Shown: piece after piece, positions 1 to 9,979 of the stretch
Layout of the letters: each line of letters starts with the position of its first letter
Numbering within the stretch: position 1 is the first letter of the stretch
Source: Actinomycetota bacterium
Lineage (GTDB): Bacteria; Actinomycetota; Acidimicrobiia; Acidimicrobiales; VFJN01
Direction of reading: 5' to 3'
NCBI GenBank assembly: GCA_046723645.1
Contig: JBKOUY010000012.1
Location: 1 to 48,692, forward strand
Length of the DNA stretch: 48,692 nucleotides
Made by a program: the position numbers and the translations under genes
The notes under the pieces: generated by a model
What the model saw: only the letters and a program-made list of their open reading frames with translations
Told to the model about the DNA's origin: nothing
Databases searched by the model: none

Positions 1-135
1 TCGAGCGTCGCCGCGCGGGTGTCGACGGGTTGACTAAGTAGCACGCGCTCTTTACTTTCACAGCGTGGCCCCGTGGACGCAACCGCTCCGTGGGCCTTCC
101 CCCGCGAAGGTCGCTGGGGCCGCGGGCGTCTGACC

Positions 136-735
136 ATGGGACGAATCGCGGGGGTGACGCCCGAGGAGACCCGCGAGCGGCTCCTCGACGCCGCGGTGCG
201 GGTTTTCGAGCTCGAGGGCTACGGGGGTGCGACCGTCGCCCAGATCGCCCGGGAGGCCGGTGTCTCCAGCGGCGCAATCTATGCCCACTACTCGACCAAG
301 GCCGAGCTACTCGTGGACGCGCTCCGCGCCCACAAGGAACGGGCCACCGCTGCGCTCTTCCCGCCGGAGCAGCGGACCAACGTCGCCGTGCTGCTGACCG
401 CCCTCGGCGCTCGGCTGGGTGCCCGCGATCCCGCCCGCACCGCCCTGCTCGCCGAGGCCCTGCTCGCATCGCGTCGCGACGGGGAGCTGGCGCAGGTGCT
501 GGCCGCGGCACTGGGCGAACGGGAGCGGCTCATGGCCGCGCTCATCTCCCGGGGTCAGGCGGCGGGTGACCTGACCCACGACGTCTCGCCCGCCGCCGCC
601 GCCCGGTTCGCGCTCATGGTCGGCCTCGGTTCGATGCTGGTCCAAACCCTCGACCTGCCCGAGACTGACCCCGCCGACTGGACGGCCTTCGTCCAGCGCC
701 TCATCGCGGCGTTCACCGAGGAGACCAGGCAGTGA
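136..735 (+). CDS. TetR/AcrR family transcriptional regulator (alt start 73)
   Basis: ORF translation shows N-terminal HTH 'TRERLLDAAVRVFELEGYGGATVAQIAREAGVSSGAIYAHYSTKAELL' typical of TetR; ATG at 136 gives ~11 aa before helix 1. Confidence 0.8.
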   Translation: MGRIAGVTPEETRERLLDAAVRVFELEGYGGATVAQIAREAGVSSGAIYAHYSTKAELLVDALRAHKERATAALFPPEQRTNVAVLLTALGARLGARDPARTALLAEALLASRRDGELAQVLAAALGERERLMAALISRGQAAGDLTHDVSPAAAARFALMVGLGSMLVQTLDLPETDPADWTAFVQRLIAAFTEETRQ

Positions 736-753
736 CCGGTGGAGGATCCTGAC

Positions 754-1674
754 ATGCGCATCGGACTTTCGGGGCTCGGCCGGAACGTTGACCGGATGGT
801 CGAGCAGGCGCAGCAAGCCGAGGCGGACGGGTTCACCAGCCTCTGGTACGCGAGCGCCGTCGGCGGTGACCCGCTGGCGGCGATGGCGGTCGCCGGCCGC
901 GCCACCTCCACCGTCGAGCTGGGCACGGCGGTGCTCCAGACCTACGCGTGCCACCCGGTGCTCCAGGCCAACCGGGCGGCCGCGGCGGTATCGGCCATCG
1001 GCGCGCCGGGGCGGTTCACGCTCGGGGTCGGCCCGTCGCACCAGCCGGTCATCGAGGGAATTCTCGGGCTGTCCTACGGCACGCCCGGGCGGCACACCGA
1101 CGAGTACGTCCAGATCCTCACCGCCCTCCTGGGCGGCGAACAGGTGAGCTTCGCCGGCGAAGAGTTCCGGGTGACCGCCGGGCCGCCGCCGTTGATGGAC
1201 GGCGCCAAGGTCCCCGTCCTGGTGGCCGCGCTCGGACCTCGACTGCTGCGGGTGGCCGGGCGGCACGCGGCCGGCACCATCACGTGGATGGCCAACGCCA
1301 CCGCCATCGAGCGGCACGTCGCACCCCGCATCCGCAAGGCCGCGGCCGACGCCGGTCGGCCCGATCCACGCATCGTCGCGGGCCTCCCGGTGGCGGTGCA
1401 CGACGACGTCGCCGAGGCGCGGTCGGTGGCCGCCGAGCTGTTCGCCGCCTACGGCACGCTGCCCAACTACCGCCGCATCCTGGATGTCGGGGGTGTGGCC
1501 GGGCCGGCAGACGCGGCGATCGTGGGCGACGAGGCCAGCGTCGCCGCTCAGATCGAGGCGCCGCTCGCGGCCGGCGCCACCGACCTGTGGGCGGCGCCCT
1601 TCCCGGTGGGTGATGACCGATCGGCCTCGCGGGCGCGTACCCGCGCCCTCCTCCAGGAGCTGGCCAGCAGCTGA
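754..1674 (+). CDS. LLM-class (luciferase-like) flavin/F420-dependent oxidoreductase
   Basis: Translation 'MRIGLSGLGRNVDRMVEQAQQAEADGFTSLWYASAVGGDPLAAMAV...' has the LLM TIM-barrel pattern; GGAGGA 7 nt upstream of ATG 754; immediately downstream of TetR stop (733-735). Confidence 0.8.
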   Translation: MRIGLSGLGRNVDRMVEQAQQAEADGFTSLWYASAVGGDPLAAMAVAGRATSTVELGTAVLQTYACHPVLQANRAAAAVSAIGAPGRFTLGVGPSHQPVIEGILGLSYGTPGRHTDEYVQILTALLGGEQVSFAGEEFRVTAGPPPLMDGAKVPVLVAALGPRLLRVAGRHAAGTITWMANATAIERHVAPRIRKAAADAGRPDPRIVAGLPVAVHDDVAEARSVAAELFAAYGTLPNYRRILDVGGVAGPADAAIVGDEASVAAQIEAPLAAGATDLWAAPFPVGDDRSASRARTRALLQELASS

Positions 1675-1779
1675 GGCCGAGGGGCGGCTGGGTTACGGTC
1701 GGGTCCCGGCCCTCACCGGCCACCCTGACAGGCCGTGCGGCGGGTCCGTCAGCAGCAAAGTCCGACGGGAGGGAAGCAG

Positions 1780-3117
1780 ATGGCAGAGTTCTTCACCGAG
1801 GTCACCCAACCGATCCCGTACGAGGGCCCCGACAGTGACGAGCCGCTGGCCTTCCACTGGTACGACGCGGACCGCGTGGTCGCCGGTCGCCGCATGGAGG
1901 ATCACCTCCGCTTCGCCGTGTGCTACTGGCACTCGTTCAACTGGGATGGCTTCGACATCTTCGGGTCCGGCACGCTCGACCGGCCCTGGCACCCCACCTT
2001 CGCCACCGGGCTCGAGCCGCTGGAGGCCGCCCGCTGGAAGATGGAGGCCGCGTTCGAGTTCTTCGCCAAGCTGGGCGTCCCCTACTACTGCTTCCACGAC
2101 CGCGACATCGCCCCCGAGGGCGCGTCGTTCAAGGAGTCGGCGGCGCTGCTCGACGAGATGGTCGACGCCGCCGCCGGGCACCAGGAGCGGACGGGCATCA
2201 CGCCCCTGTGGGGCACGGCGAACCTGTTCACGCATCCGCGCTACCAGGCTGGCGCGGCGACCAACCCCGACCCGGAGGTCTTCGCCTACGCCGCCGCCCA
2301 GGTGACCCACTGCCTCGAGGCGACCCATCGCCTGGGGGGCCACAACTACGTGCTCTGGGGTGGGCGCGAGGGCTACGACACGATGCTGAACACCGACCTG
2401 CGGCGCGAGCTCGACCAGCTCGGCCGGTTCCTCGCCATGGTCGTCGAGCACAAGCACCGCATCGGGTTCACCGGCACGATCCTCATCGAGCCCAAGCCGT
2501 TCGAACCCACGAAGCACCAGTACGACTACGACGTCGCGGCTGTCCACGCCTTCCTGCAGCGCTACGACCTCGACGACGAGGTGAAGGTCAACATCGAGGT
2601 CAACCACGCCACGCTGGCGGGCCACGACTTCGCCCACGAGGTCGCCGTTGCCGCCGCCGCCGGGATCCTCGGCTCGGTCGACGCCAACGCGGGCGACGAC
2701 CGGCTCGGCTGGGACGTCGACCGGTTCCCGGTCTCGATCGAGCAGATGACGCTCGGGATGCTGGAGATCCTGCGCGCCGGCGGGTTCAGCACCGGCGGGT
2801 TCAACTTCGATGCCAAGCTGCGCCGCCAGTCGATCGACCGCACCGACCTGTTCCACGGCCACATCGGCGGGATGGACACGCTGGCGCGGGCCCTGCTCGT
2901 CGCCGCGGCGATCCTGGATGACGGTGCGCTCGACGCCAACCGGGCCGCCCGTTACGCCGCCTGGGACGGCGAGCTGGGACGGTCGATCATCGCCGGCGAC
3001 GCCAGCCTGGCGTCGCTCCACGAACGCGCCATCGATCGCGGCGAGCCCACGCGGGTGTCAGGCGGCCAGGAGAGGTTGGAGAACCTCGTCGGCCGCTACG
3101 TCGACCGAGTGCGCTGA
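1780..3117 (+). CDS. xylA: xylose isomerase
   Basis: Translation contains hallmark 'FHDRD', 'WGGREGY', '[17 protein letters not shown]', '[12 protein letters not shown]'; strong RBS GGGAGGGAAG before ATG 1780. Confidence 0.95.
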   Translation: MAEFFTEVTQPIPYEGPDSDEPLAFHWYDADRVVAGRRMEDHLRFAVCYWHSFNWDGFDIFGSGTLDRPWHPTFATGLEPLEAARWKMEAAFEFFAKLGVPYYCFHDRDIAPEGASFKESAALLDEMVDAAAGHQERTGITPLWGTANLFTHPRYQAGAATNPDPEVFAYAAAQVTHCLEATHRLGGHNYVLWGGREGYDTMLNTDLRRELDQLGRFLAMVVEHKHRIGFTGTILIEPKPFEPTKHQYDYDVAAVHAFLQRYDLDDEVKVNIEVNHATLAGHDFAHEVAVAAAAGILGSVDANAGDDRLGWDVDRFPVSIEQMTLGMLEILRAGGFSTGGFNFDAKLRRQSIDRTDLFHGHIGGMDTLARALLVAAAILDDGALDANRAARYAAWDGELGRSIIAGDASLASLHERAIDRGEPTRVSGGQERLENLVGRYVDRVR

Positions 3118-3139
3118 GCCGCCGCAGCCACGCTCCGCC

Positions 3140-4552
3140 GTGCCCCTCGTCGCCGGCATCGACTCGTCCACCACGGCCACCAAGGTGGAGGTGCGCGACC
3201 TGGACTCCGGGCAGGTCGTGGGTCGCGGATCGGCGCCGCACCCACCCACCCGGCCACCCCGGTCGGAGCAGCCGCCGGCGGCGTGGTGGGCGGCCTTCGA
3301 GGCGGCGTGGCAGCAGGCGGGCGACCCCGACGTGGCCGCCGTCAGCGTCGCCGGCCAGCAGCACGGGATGGTGGCGCTCGACGCCGACCGGCATGTGATC
3401 CGCCCGGCGAAGCTCTGGAACGACACCGAGTCGGCCCCGGAGGCGGCGTCGCTGATCGACCGGCTGGCCGGCGGGCGGCAGGCCTGGGCCGAGGCATCCG
3501 GGCTGGTCCCGGTGGCGAGCTTCACGATCACCAAGCTCGCGTGGCTGCGCCGCCACGAGCCGGCGGCCTGGGAACGGCTGGCCCACGTGGTGCTCCCCCA
3601 CGACTGGCTGACGCTCGAGCTCACCGGCCGGCTCGTCACCGATCGGGGCGACGCATCGGGCACCGGCTACTGGTCGGCGGCGAGCGGCGCCTACCGTCAC
3701 GACCTGCTCGCCCTGGTGGACCCCGAGCGGGACTGGGCGCCGGTCGTTCCCACCGTGCTCGGTCCGCTCGAGGCGGCCGGGGCCTGGAACGGCACCCTGG
3801 TGGGCCCGGGAACCGGCGACAACATGGCGGGCGCCCTGGGCGTCGGGCTGGGCGCCGGCGACGTGGTGGTGTCGATCGGCACATCGGGCACGGTCTACGG
3901 CGTCAGCGACGAGCCGACCGCGGACCCCTCGGGGATCGTCGCCGGCTTCGCCGACGCCACGGGCCGTCACCTCCCTCTGGTCTGCACGCTCAACGCCACC
4001 AAGGTGACCGACGCTGCCGGCACGCTGCTCGGCGTCGACCACGACGGACTCGACCGCCTCGCGCTCGCGGGCTCGCCCGGCGCCGGCGGGCTCACCCTGC
4101 TCCCCTACCTCGACGGCGAGCGGACCCCCGACCGGCCGAACGCGACGGGGGTCCTGGCCGGGCTGCGCAGCGACATCGGGCGCGAGCAGCTCGCCCGGGC
4201 CGCCGTGGAGGGCGTCGTCTGCGGGCTGCTCGACGGCTTCGACGCGCTGGCCGCGTTCGCCCCGACCGATGGTCAGCTCATCGTGGTCGGCGGGGGTGCG
4301 CGCTCACGCGCCTACCGCCAGGTGCTGGCAGACCTCAGCGGGCGCCAGGTGCTGGTGCCCCATGTCAGCGAGCAGGTCGCGACCGGGGCGTGCGTGCAGG
4401 CCGCCGCGGTGGCGGCGCAGAGCGAGCCGGCCGGCATCGCCGACGCCTGGAAGCTCGGTGCGGGCGACCTCGTCGAGCCCGGCCCCGGCGTGGCGGCCGC
4501 AGCCGACGTCCGCGCCGCCTACGCAGCGCTCCGCGACGCAACCGGCGACTGA
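3140..4552 (+). CDS. xylB: xylulokinase (FGGY carbohydrate kinase)
   Basis: Translation 'VPLVAGIDSSTTATKVEVRD...GTGDNMAGALGVG...VVGGGARS' = FGGY kinase motifs; GTG 3140 chosen because frame overlaps xylA upstream; start uncertain. Confidence 0.85.
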   Translation: MPLVAGIDSSTTATKVEVRDLDSGQVVGRGSAPHPPTRPPRSEQPPAAWWAAFEAAWQQAGDPDVAAVSVAGQQHGMVALDADRHVIRPAKLWNDTESAPEAASLIDRLAGGRQAWAEASGLVPVASFTITKLAWLRRHEPAAWERLAHVVLPHDWLTLELTGRLVTDRGDASGTGYWSAASGAYRHDLLALVDPERDWAPVVPTVLGPLEAAGAWNGTLVGPGTGDNMAGALGVGLGAGDVVVSIGTSGTVYGVSDEPTADPSGIVAGFADATGRHLPLVCTLNATKVTDAAGTLLGVDHDGLDRLALAGSPGAGGLTLLPYLDGERTPDRPNATGVLAGLRSDIGREQLARAAVEGVVCGLLDGFDALAAFAPTDGQLIVVGGGARSRAYRQVLADLSGRQVLVPHVSEQVATGACVQAAAVAAQSEPAGIADAWKLGAGDLVEPGPGVAAAADVRAAYAALRDATGD

Positions 4553-4596
4553 CGCTCCCGGGACCTCCCGGGCACGGTGGACTTAGCACCGGCCTC

Positions 4597-4629
4597 CGGG
4601 GAACGGGGCCGCCGCGCCCCGTCCCCCGG
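4597..4629. terminator. GC-rich hairpin between convergent xylB and GH6 genes (putative bidirectional terminator)
   Basis: 'ccggggaacggggccgccgcgccccgtcccccgg': 11-bp stem (1 mismatch) with 7-nt loop, no U-tract. Confidence 0.4.
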
Positions 4630-4675
4630 AGTCACCGGGCCTCCCCCCGAACTCACCCCTGGCGCACGAACCGAG

Positions 4676-6004
4676 CTACTGGTTGGCGTTCGCCGCCAGC
4701 TGCAGAGCCTGCTCGGGGAACCAGTCACCCGCGCCCGGGTCGATGATCCCCCACTCGGGGTCGACCGTCTCGCCCGCGGGCCCGAGGCCGCGCGTGCACT
4801 CGCCGTCTGACTCGCCGGGGGTCTTCACCCACAGGTAGGCGTCGAGCAGCGGCTGGCCGGTGTCGAGGGTGGGCGCCAGCCCCAGGCCGCGACCGGGCGG
4901 GTTGCACCAGTCCTGCGGGTCGGGATACCCGGGCGGCGGCGACCACGGCCCCTGCCCGTTGCGGCTCGTGTCGATCACGTAGTGGGCGGTGGGGTCGACG
5001 TCGCCCAGCATGTTGCTGTAGCGCAGGTTGATGCCGGACGTGTTGAGCGCCGGGTCGTCGGTGTCGTCGCTCCACTCGCCGAACCGATCCAGCGCCACGC
5101 CCTGCCACTCGCCCAGCAGGTCGGCGATCTTGGCCGGGTGCGGCCCGCCGTTCCAGTACTGGTTGGGGCAGCCGAAGAAGTCGCCAGGCGCCACCTCGGT
5201 GGCGTACGCGATGCACTGGGAGATCCAGCGCCCGTACTGCTCGTTGTTGGCCGTGAGCTGATAGTTCGAGACGTTGAGGTAGAACCCTGCGGCGTCGGCG
5301 ACGCCCGCCCGCACCAGGCGGTCGGCGATGTCGCCCGACCCCAGCCAGGCGCTGTGGGTGCCGTCGAGGTAGGTCGTCACGTTGGGCAGAGCCGCAAGGG
5401 CGTCGACGGCATGGTTGAGCATGGCGAACCTCTCGGACGCCGCCGTGGCCGGGTTGGCCTCCGCCGGCTGGCACCACTCGAGCGTGTTGGTGCCGTCGGC
5501 GCTGCCATAGGGGTCGTACCAGGGAATGATGCCGAGCCCGTCCGGCTCGAGGATCACGATGGCCGGCCGGTCCCCGATGCCCGCCACGAACCCGTCGATC
5601 CAGGCGTCGTACTCGGCCTGGGTCGTGGCCCCGCCGGCGGAGAACTGGGCACAGTCGCGGAACGGGATGTTGTAGGTCACCAGCACCGGCACCGACTTCT
5701 TGGCCGCCGCCAGGGTGACGGTCGACCGCACGTCCTGCTCGACCGACTTGGGAGTCCCGCCCTCGAACCAGACGGCCTGCGGGGTGTCGGTGATCGCCCG
5801 GATCTGCGCGGCGGCCTCGTGGTCGCCCTGCGAGGTCAGCTCGGCGATCTGCTGCTTCGCCCCCTTCTGCGGTGGTGGGACGTACAGCTCATCGCCGGCT
5901 GCCCCGGGCGCGGCCGATGCGGGCGCTACGACGAACGCTCCGATCAGCAGCCCTGCCACCAGACTGGCGATCCGTCGCGTCAAGACCGACCTGCTGCTCT
6001 GCAT
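4676..6004 (-). CDS. secreted glycoside hydrolase family 6 (cellulase/cellobiohydrolase), catalytic domain only
   Basis: Translation 'VTYNIPFRDCAQFSAGG...ILEPDGLGI...WVKTPGESDG' matches GH6 catalytic motifs; signal peptide 'MQSSRSVLTRRIASLVAGLLIGAFVVAPASA'; start ATG at 6004 preceded by GGAGGAGG; ORF finder's longer 497-aa N-terminus rejected. Confidence 0.85.
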   Translation of the reverse strand: MQSSRSVLTRRIASLVAGLLIGAFVVAPASAAPGAAGDELYVPPPQKGAKQQIAELTSQGDHEAAAQIRAITDTPQAVWFEGGTPKSVEQDVRSTVTLAAAKKSVPVLVTYNIPFRDCAQFSAGGATTQAEYDAWIDGFVAGIGDRPAIVILEPDGLGIIPWYDPYGSADGTNTLEWCQPAEANPATAASERFAMLNHAVDALAALPNVTTYLDGTHSAWLGSGDIADRLVRAGVADAAGFYLNVSNYQLTANNEQYGRWISQCIAYATEVAPGDFFGCPNQYWNGGPHPAKIADLLGEWQGVALDRFGEWSDDTDDPALNTSGINLRYSNMLGDVDPTAHYVIDTSRNGQGPWSPPPGYPDPQDWCNPPGRGLGLAPTLDTGQPLLDAYLWVKTPGESDGECTRGLGPAGETVDPEWGIIDPGAGDWFPEQALQLAANANQ

Positions 6005-6157
6005 GGCCCCTCCTCCATTCGAGCTTGGGAGCGCTCCCATAGTACGCCACCGCCGTCGCGCTCTCCTGCGAAACGCGTGGAATTGCCGGACAAATTCCGG
6101 CGCATGCGGCGGTGCGGCCTGCCGGTCGCGGCCGGCGGATCGCGCTTGGCTGGGTGG

Positions 6158-6571
6158 ATGGACGATCATCGGAGCGCGTCACGCGGGAAGACGATCATCG
6201 TGGACGGCAACAACGTGATCGCGTCGGTCGCCGACGGCTGGTGGCGCGACCGACCGGCGGCCGTGCGGCGACTCCTCCCACGGCTGGCGTGCTACCGGCG
6301 CCGAACCGGTCACGCCGTGATGCTCGTCCTCGACGTGGCCCAGCCCGACCTTCCCGCCGGCGACCACGAGGGCGTGGAGGTCGTCTACCCGCGGCGGCGA
6401 GGACGGGACGCGGCGGACGAGCGGATCGTCGAGCTGCTCGACGAGCGCGACCTCGGCGACGTCGAGGTCGTCAGCTCCGACCGCGCGCTTGCCGCCGGCG
6501 CCCGGCACCGTGGCGCCCAGGTCGTGGGCGCCGGCACCTTTCGAGCTCGCCTCGATCGCGCCGGCTGCTGA
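6158..6571 (+). CDS. NYN/YacP-like (Rae1-like) nuclease domain protein
   Basis: 'KTIIVDGNNVIASVADGW...VLDVA...VVYPRRRGRDAADERIVELL..VEVVSSDRAL' resembles YacP NYN domain; start at first ATG in-frame after GH6 promoter region. Confidence 0.55.
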   Translation: MDDHRSASRGKTIIVDGNNVIASVADGWWRDRPAAVRRLLPRLACYRRRTGHAVMLVLDVAQPDLPAGDHEGVEVVYPRRRGRDAADERIVELLDERDLGDVEVVSSDRALAAGARHRGAQVVGAGTFRARLDRAGC

Positions 6572-6600
6572 GCTCAGGCACGACCGCGAGGCCGACGTTT

Positions 6601-7443
6601 ATGGTTCGCGCCATGGCACGACTCGGGGCGAAGGAGCGAGCGAAGCTTCCCGACAGCGCCTTCGCCTACATCGATGCCCGCGGCCAGCGGCGCCTACCGA
6701 TCCACGATGCCGGCCACGTCCGCGCCGCCCTGGCCCGGTTCAACCAGGTCGCGTTCGACGACGACGCCGCGCGCGACCGGGCGCGCAAGCGGCTCCTGAA
6801 CGCGGCCAGGAGGTTCAAGATCGTGCCCGTCGGCTTCATCACGAATCAGCTGCAGTCCGAGCGGGGGCGCCGCGACGACGAGCCGGTCCCGCTGCCCTCG
6901 GGCTTCGTGACGATGCTCCTCACCGACATCGAGGGATCGACCGCGCTGCTCCACCGCCTTGGCGACGACTACGGCGACCTGCTCGAGCGGGTTCGGGCAC
7001 TCCTGCGCGACGCCGTGCTCGGCACCGACGGCCACGTGGTCGAGACACGCGCCGACGAGTTCTTCGCGGTGTTCGAGCAGCCGGCGGCCGCCCTCTCGAC
7101 GGCGTTGACGGTGCAGCGTGAGCTACGTGCGAGGGCGTCGGATGGCAACGAGGACGTGCGCGTCAGGATCGGGATCCACAGCGGCTACCCCAGGATGGTC
7201 AAAGCCAACTACCTCGGCATGGCCGTGCACACCGCGGCGCGGATCTGCAACGCCTCGCACGGGGGGCAGATCGTGGTGTCCGCCGACTTCCGCACCGCGG
7301 TCGGCGGCTTCCTCCCAGACGGCGTGCGCCTGCGCAAGCTCGGCACGTATGCGCTGCGCGGCCTGCCCGACGAGGTCGAGCTCTACCAGGTCGCGGCCAA
7401 AGGGCTCGCGGGCCGCTTCCCTCCGCTCAGGATCTCGCTCTGA
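6601..7443 (+). CDS. class III adenylate/guanylate cyclase with ~90-aa N-terminal domain of unknown function
   Basis: C-terminal half 'FVTMLLTDIEGSTALL...ETRADEFFAVF...VRVRIGIHSGYPRMV...GMAVHTAARI' = nucleotidyl cyclase class III; N-terminal 'KLPDSAFAYIDARGQRRLPIHDAGHVRAALARF' unassigned. Confidence 0.8.
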   Translation: MVRAMARLGAKERAKLPDSAFAYIDARGQRRLPIHDAGHVRAALARFNQVAFDDDAARDRARKRLLNAARRFKIVPVGFITNQLQSERGRRDDEPVPLPSGFVTMLLTDIEGSTALLHRLGDDYGDLLERVRALLRDAVLGTDGHVVETRADEFFAVFEQPAAALSTALTVQRELRARASDGNEDVRVRIGIHSGYPRMVKANYLGMAVHTAARICNASHGGQIVVSADFRTAVGGFLPDGVRLRKLGTYALRGLPDEVELYQVAAKGLAGRFPPLRISL

Positions 7444-7478
7444 CCCGGCCGCCCGGACAAGGGCTCCGGCACCGGTCG

Positions 7479-8513
7479 TCAGGCCGGCCGAGCAGGATCG
7501 ACGCGCACGACTGCGCCACCCGATTCTGCCGAGGCGTACATGGCGTCCACCACGCGATGCGCCGGCACGGCGTCGGCCAGGGACGGCTGCGCCGGGGTGC
7601 CGTCGCGCACCGACGTGAGGAACGCCGTGGCCGGGTTGACCGTGGCGGTGTCGCCGGCCTCGGCGATAGCCGACGCGAGGTCACGCCCGGCGAGCACCCG
7701 CTCCTCCCCGCCGGTGAACTGCCAGCGCACCGGGCCCGAGAAGTCGCCCTCGAGCGCGATGAATAGCCGCTCGCACAGCACCTCGACGCGGCGCAGGCTC
7801 GGGCGCTCGAGCACGTCGTGCCACACCGACGTCAGCGTCGCTGCCGGCCCGCCGGCGAAGTCGAGGCGCGCGACGGCCACGTCGTCGATGCCGTCGTGGC
7901 CGTGGACCGCCCGGGTCGTCGAGCTCACCGCCGTCGCCGGGCCGATCAGCCATTGCAGGATGTCGACGTCGTGGATGGAGTGCTCGAGCAGCGTGCCCCG
8001 CCCCGCGATGCTCGCGTCGGTGCGCCAGGTCGAGCCGTAGATGCCCTGGTCGGGGATGTACTGGTCGTCACGGAACACGGCGGCCAGCACCCGGCCCGCC
8101 CGTTCGTCGCGCACGAGCCGACGCACCCAGCGGAACGACGGCAGGAAGCGCAGGACGAGACCCACCTGGTTCACGACGCCGGCACGAGCGACCCTGTCCG
8201 CCATGCGCTGCGCCGCCACGGCGTCGAACGCCAGCGGCTTCTCGCAGAACACCGCCACACCCGCCGCCGCGGCCTTGTCGACCAGGCGCGGGTGGGCCGC
8301 GGTCCACGCCGTGACGTAGACGGCATCGACCAGCCCCGGGAGCTCATCCTCGCCCACGACCTCGGCACCGTGGTCGGCGGCGAACTTCGCGGCGCGGGAC
8401 TCGTCGGGGTCGTGGACGGCGACGATCTGGTTGTCGACTCGGCTGGCCCTCAGCGCCGAGACATGGATGCCGGAGACGAACCCCGCGCCGTAGAAGCCGA
8501 CCCGCACCGTCAC
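7479..8513 (-). CDS. Gfo/Idh/MocA family NAD(P)-dependent oxidoreductase
   Basis: 'VRVGFYGAGFVSGIHVSAL...VFCEKPLA...' Rossmann N-terminus plus MocA C-terminal fold; GTG start 8513 with GAGG upstream; longer ORF to 8999 rejected. Confidence 0.8.
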   Translation of the reverse strand: MTVRVGFYGAGFVSGIHVSALRASRVDNQIVAVHDPDESRAAKFAADHGAEVVGEDELPGLVDAVYVTAWTAAHPRLVDKAAAAGVAVFCEKPLAFDAVAAQRMADRVARAGVVNQVGLVLRFLPSFRWVRRLVRDERAGRVLAAVFRDDQYIPDQGIYGSTWRTDASIAGRGTLLEHSIHDVDILQWLIGPATAVSSTTRAVHGHDGIDDVAVARLDFAGGPAATLTSVWHDVLERPSLRRVEVLCERLFIALEGDFSGPVRWQFTGGEERVLAGRDLASAIAEAGDTATVNPATAFLTSVRDGTPAQPSLADAVPAHRVVDAMYASAESGGAVVRVDPARPA

Positions 8514-8662
8514 CGGCCCATCCTCACGGAGGCGGAGGCTAACGGTCGCCGGCCGTCGGCAGGGCGGTCGTTCCGGCCGACGTGGTTGCTCAGCAACGTT
8601 CCTGCCCCAAGAAGCGTGCGGGCTACGGGAGCGAGACGAGAAATGGCTTGCCTGGCCTCGCG

Positions 8663-8693
8663 GATAACGGTTATCTTTATAGCTAACCGTTAA
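8663..8693. promoter_or_regulatory. two related palindromes (GATAACgGTTATC and TAACcGTTA) upstream of padR: candidate PadR operator
   Basis: Read directly: 8663-8675 'gataacggttatc', 8683-8693 'ctaaccgttaa', 13-43 nt upstream of padR ATG 8706 in the divergent intergenic region. Confidence 0.35.
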
Positions 8694-8705
8694 AGCGGAG
8701 GACCG

Positions 8706-9233
8706 ATGCGGCAGGAAGTTGTGCTCGCGATGCTGGCCAAGGAGCCCTCCTACGGCTACGAGCTGCGGGCGCGGCTGCGCGAGGCCCTGGGTCCCCTCGG
8801 GGAGGCGATGAACCCGGGACAGGTCTACGTGACGCTGACCCGGCTCGAGAAGGCGGGCCTGGTGATCTCGCGGCGGGCGGAGGGGCTGGCGGATCGGCCG
8901 GACCGCAACGTGTACGGGCTGACCCCGGTCGGTCAGGAACGGGTCGCCGAATGGCTGGCCGAGGTGAGCTGGCCCAAGCCCGACTTGGCCGAGTTCCACC
9001 TGAAGCTGGTGGCGGCGGCCGCGGGGGGCCTCGCCGACCCGATCAGCATCGTGGATGCCCAGCGCCGCGAGCTGCTGCGCCGGCTGCGCGACGCCCAGCG
9101 GGCGGCGCTGGTCGAGCCCGACGGCTCCGACGGGGTGCTGTTGCTGGAGGGCGTCGTGCTGCGGCTGCAGGCCGACCTGCGCTGGCTGGAGGCGTGCGAG
9201 CGGAGCTGGACCGACCGAAGGAGCAGATCGTGA
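8706..9233 (+). CDS. PadR family transcriptional regulator
   Basis: 'MLAKEPSYGYELRARLREALGPLGEAMNPGQVYVTLTRLEKAGLV' = PadR winged helix; RBS GGAGGA. Confidence 0.85.
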   Translation: MRQEVVLAMLAKEPSYGYELRARLREALGPLGEAMNPGQVYVTLTRLEKAGLVISRRAEGLADRPDRNVYGLTPVGQERVAEWLAEVSWPKPDLAEFHLKLVAAAAGGLADPISIVDAQRRELLRRLRDAQRAALVEPDGSDGVLLLEGVVLRLQADLRWLEACERSWTDRRSRS

Positions 9234-9976
9234 GCGACACCGACGACACGGCCGTGCTGCAAGCGCGCGGATTGCGCAAGCACTACGGCCAGGACGAAGG
9301 GCTGGTGCGCGCCGTCGACGGCGTCGACCTCGACGTCGCCCCCGGCGAGACCGTGGCGGTGATGGGGCCCAGCGGCTGCGGGAAGTCCACGCTGCTGCAC
9401 CTGCTGGGCGGCCTCGACCGGCCGACGGACGGGGAGGTGTCGCTGGGCGGGCGGCGCATCGACCGGATGGGGGAGAAGGCGCTGGCCCGGATGCGCCGCA
9501 CTGCGGTCGGGTTCGTTTTCCAGGCGTTCCACCTGATGGAGGAGCTCAGCGCCGCCGAGAACGTCGAACTCCCCGCGCTGCTGGACGGACGTTCGCCGCG
9601 GGCGGCGCGGCGCCGGAGCCTTGACTTGCTGGAGCGGGTCGGACTCGCCGACCGGGCGGGATTTCTGCCCTCGGCCCTGTCGGGTGGCCAGCGCCAGCGG
9701 GTGGCGATCGCGCGGGCGTTGAGCAGCGAGCCCCTCGTCGTGTTCGCCGACGAACCCACCGGCAACCTGGACAGCGCGGCCACCGTGGACGTGCTGCGGC
9801 TGTTCGAGAGCCTGCACCAGGCGGGGCAGACCCTGGTCGTCGTCACCCACGACGAGCGGATCGCCGCCACCGCCGACCGCCTCATCTCCATGCGCGACGG
9901 ATCGTTCGTCGACGAGACCAGGCTGACGGGCGGCACCACGGGCGATCTCGGCGCCCTGGTCGGGCTGGAGGGCTGA
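9230..9976 (+). CDS. ABC transporter ATP-binding protein (MacB/LolD/FtsE-like)
   Basis: Walker A 'GPSGCGKST', signature 'LSGGQRQRVAIARAL', Walker B 'VVFADEPTGNLD'; GTG start overlaps padR stop (GTGA) with GAAGGAG RBS. Confidence 0.9.
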   Translation: MSDTDDTAVLQARGLRKHYGQDEGLVRAVDGVDLDVAPGETVAVMGPSGCGKSTLLHLLGGLDRPTDGEVSLGGRRIDRMGEKALARMRRTAVGFVFQAFHLMEELSAAENVELPALLDGRSPRAARRRSLDLLERVGLADRAGFLPSALSGGQRQRVAIARALSSEPLVVFADEPTGNLDSAATVDVLRLFESLHQAGQTLVVVTHDERIAATADRLISMRDGSFVDETRLTGGTTGDLGALVGLEG

Positions 9977-9979
9977 CCC

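Noticed and set aside
1693-3021. 442-aa minus-strand ORF
   Set aside because: It is antisense to xylA, whose xylose isomerase motifs are unambiguous on the plus strand.
4583-4590. Possible third copy of the cox/TetR motif ('cttagcac' in 'ggacttagcacc')
   Set aside because: Only 8 of 22 positions match and the GTGCTGTGC half is absent. It is most likely chance.
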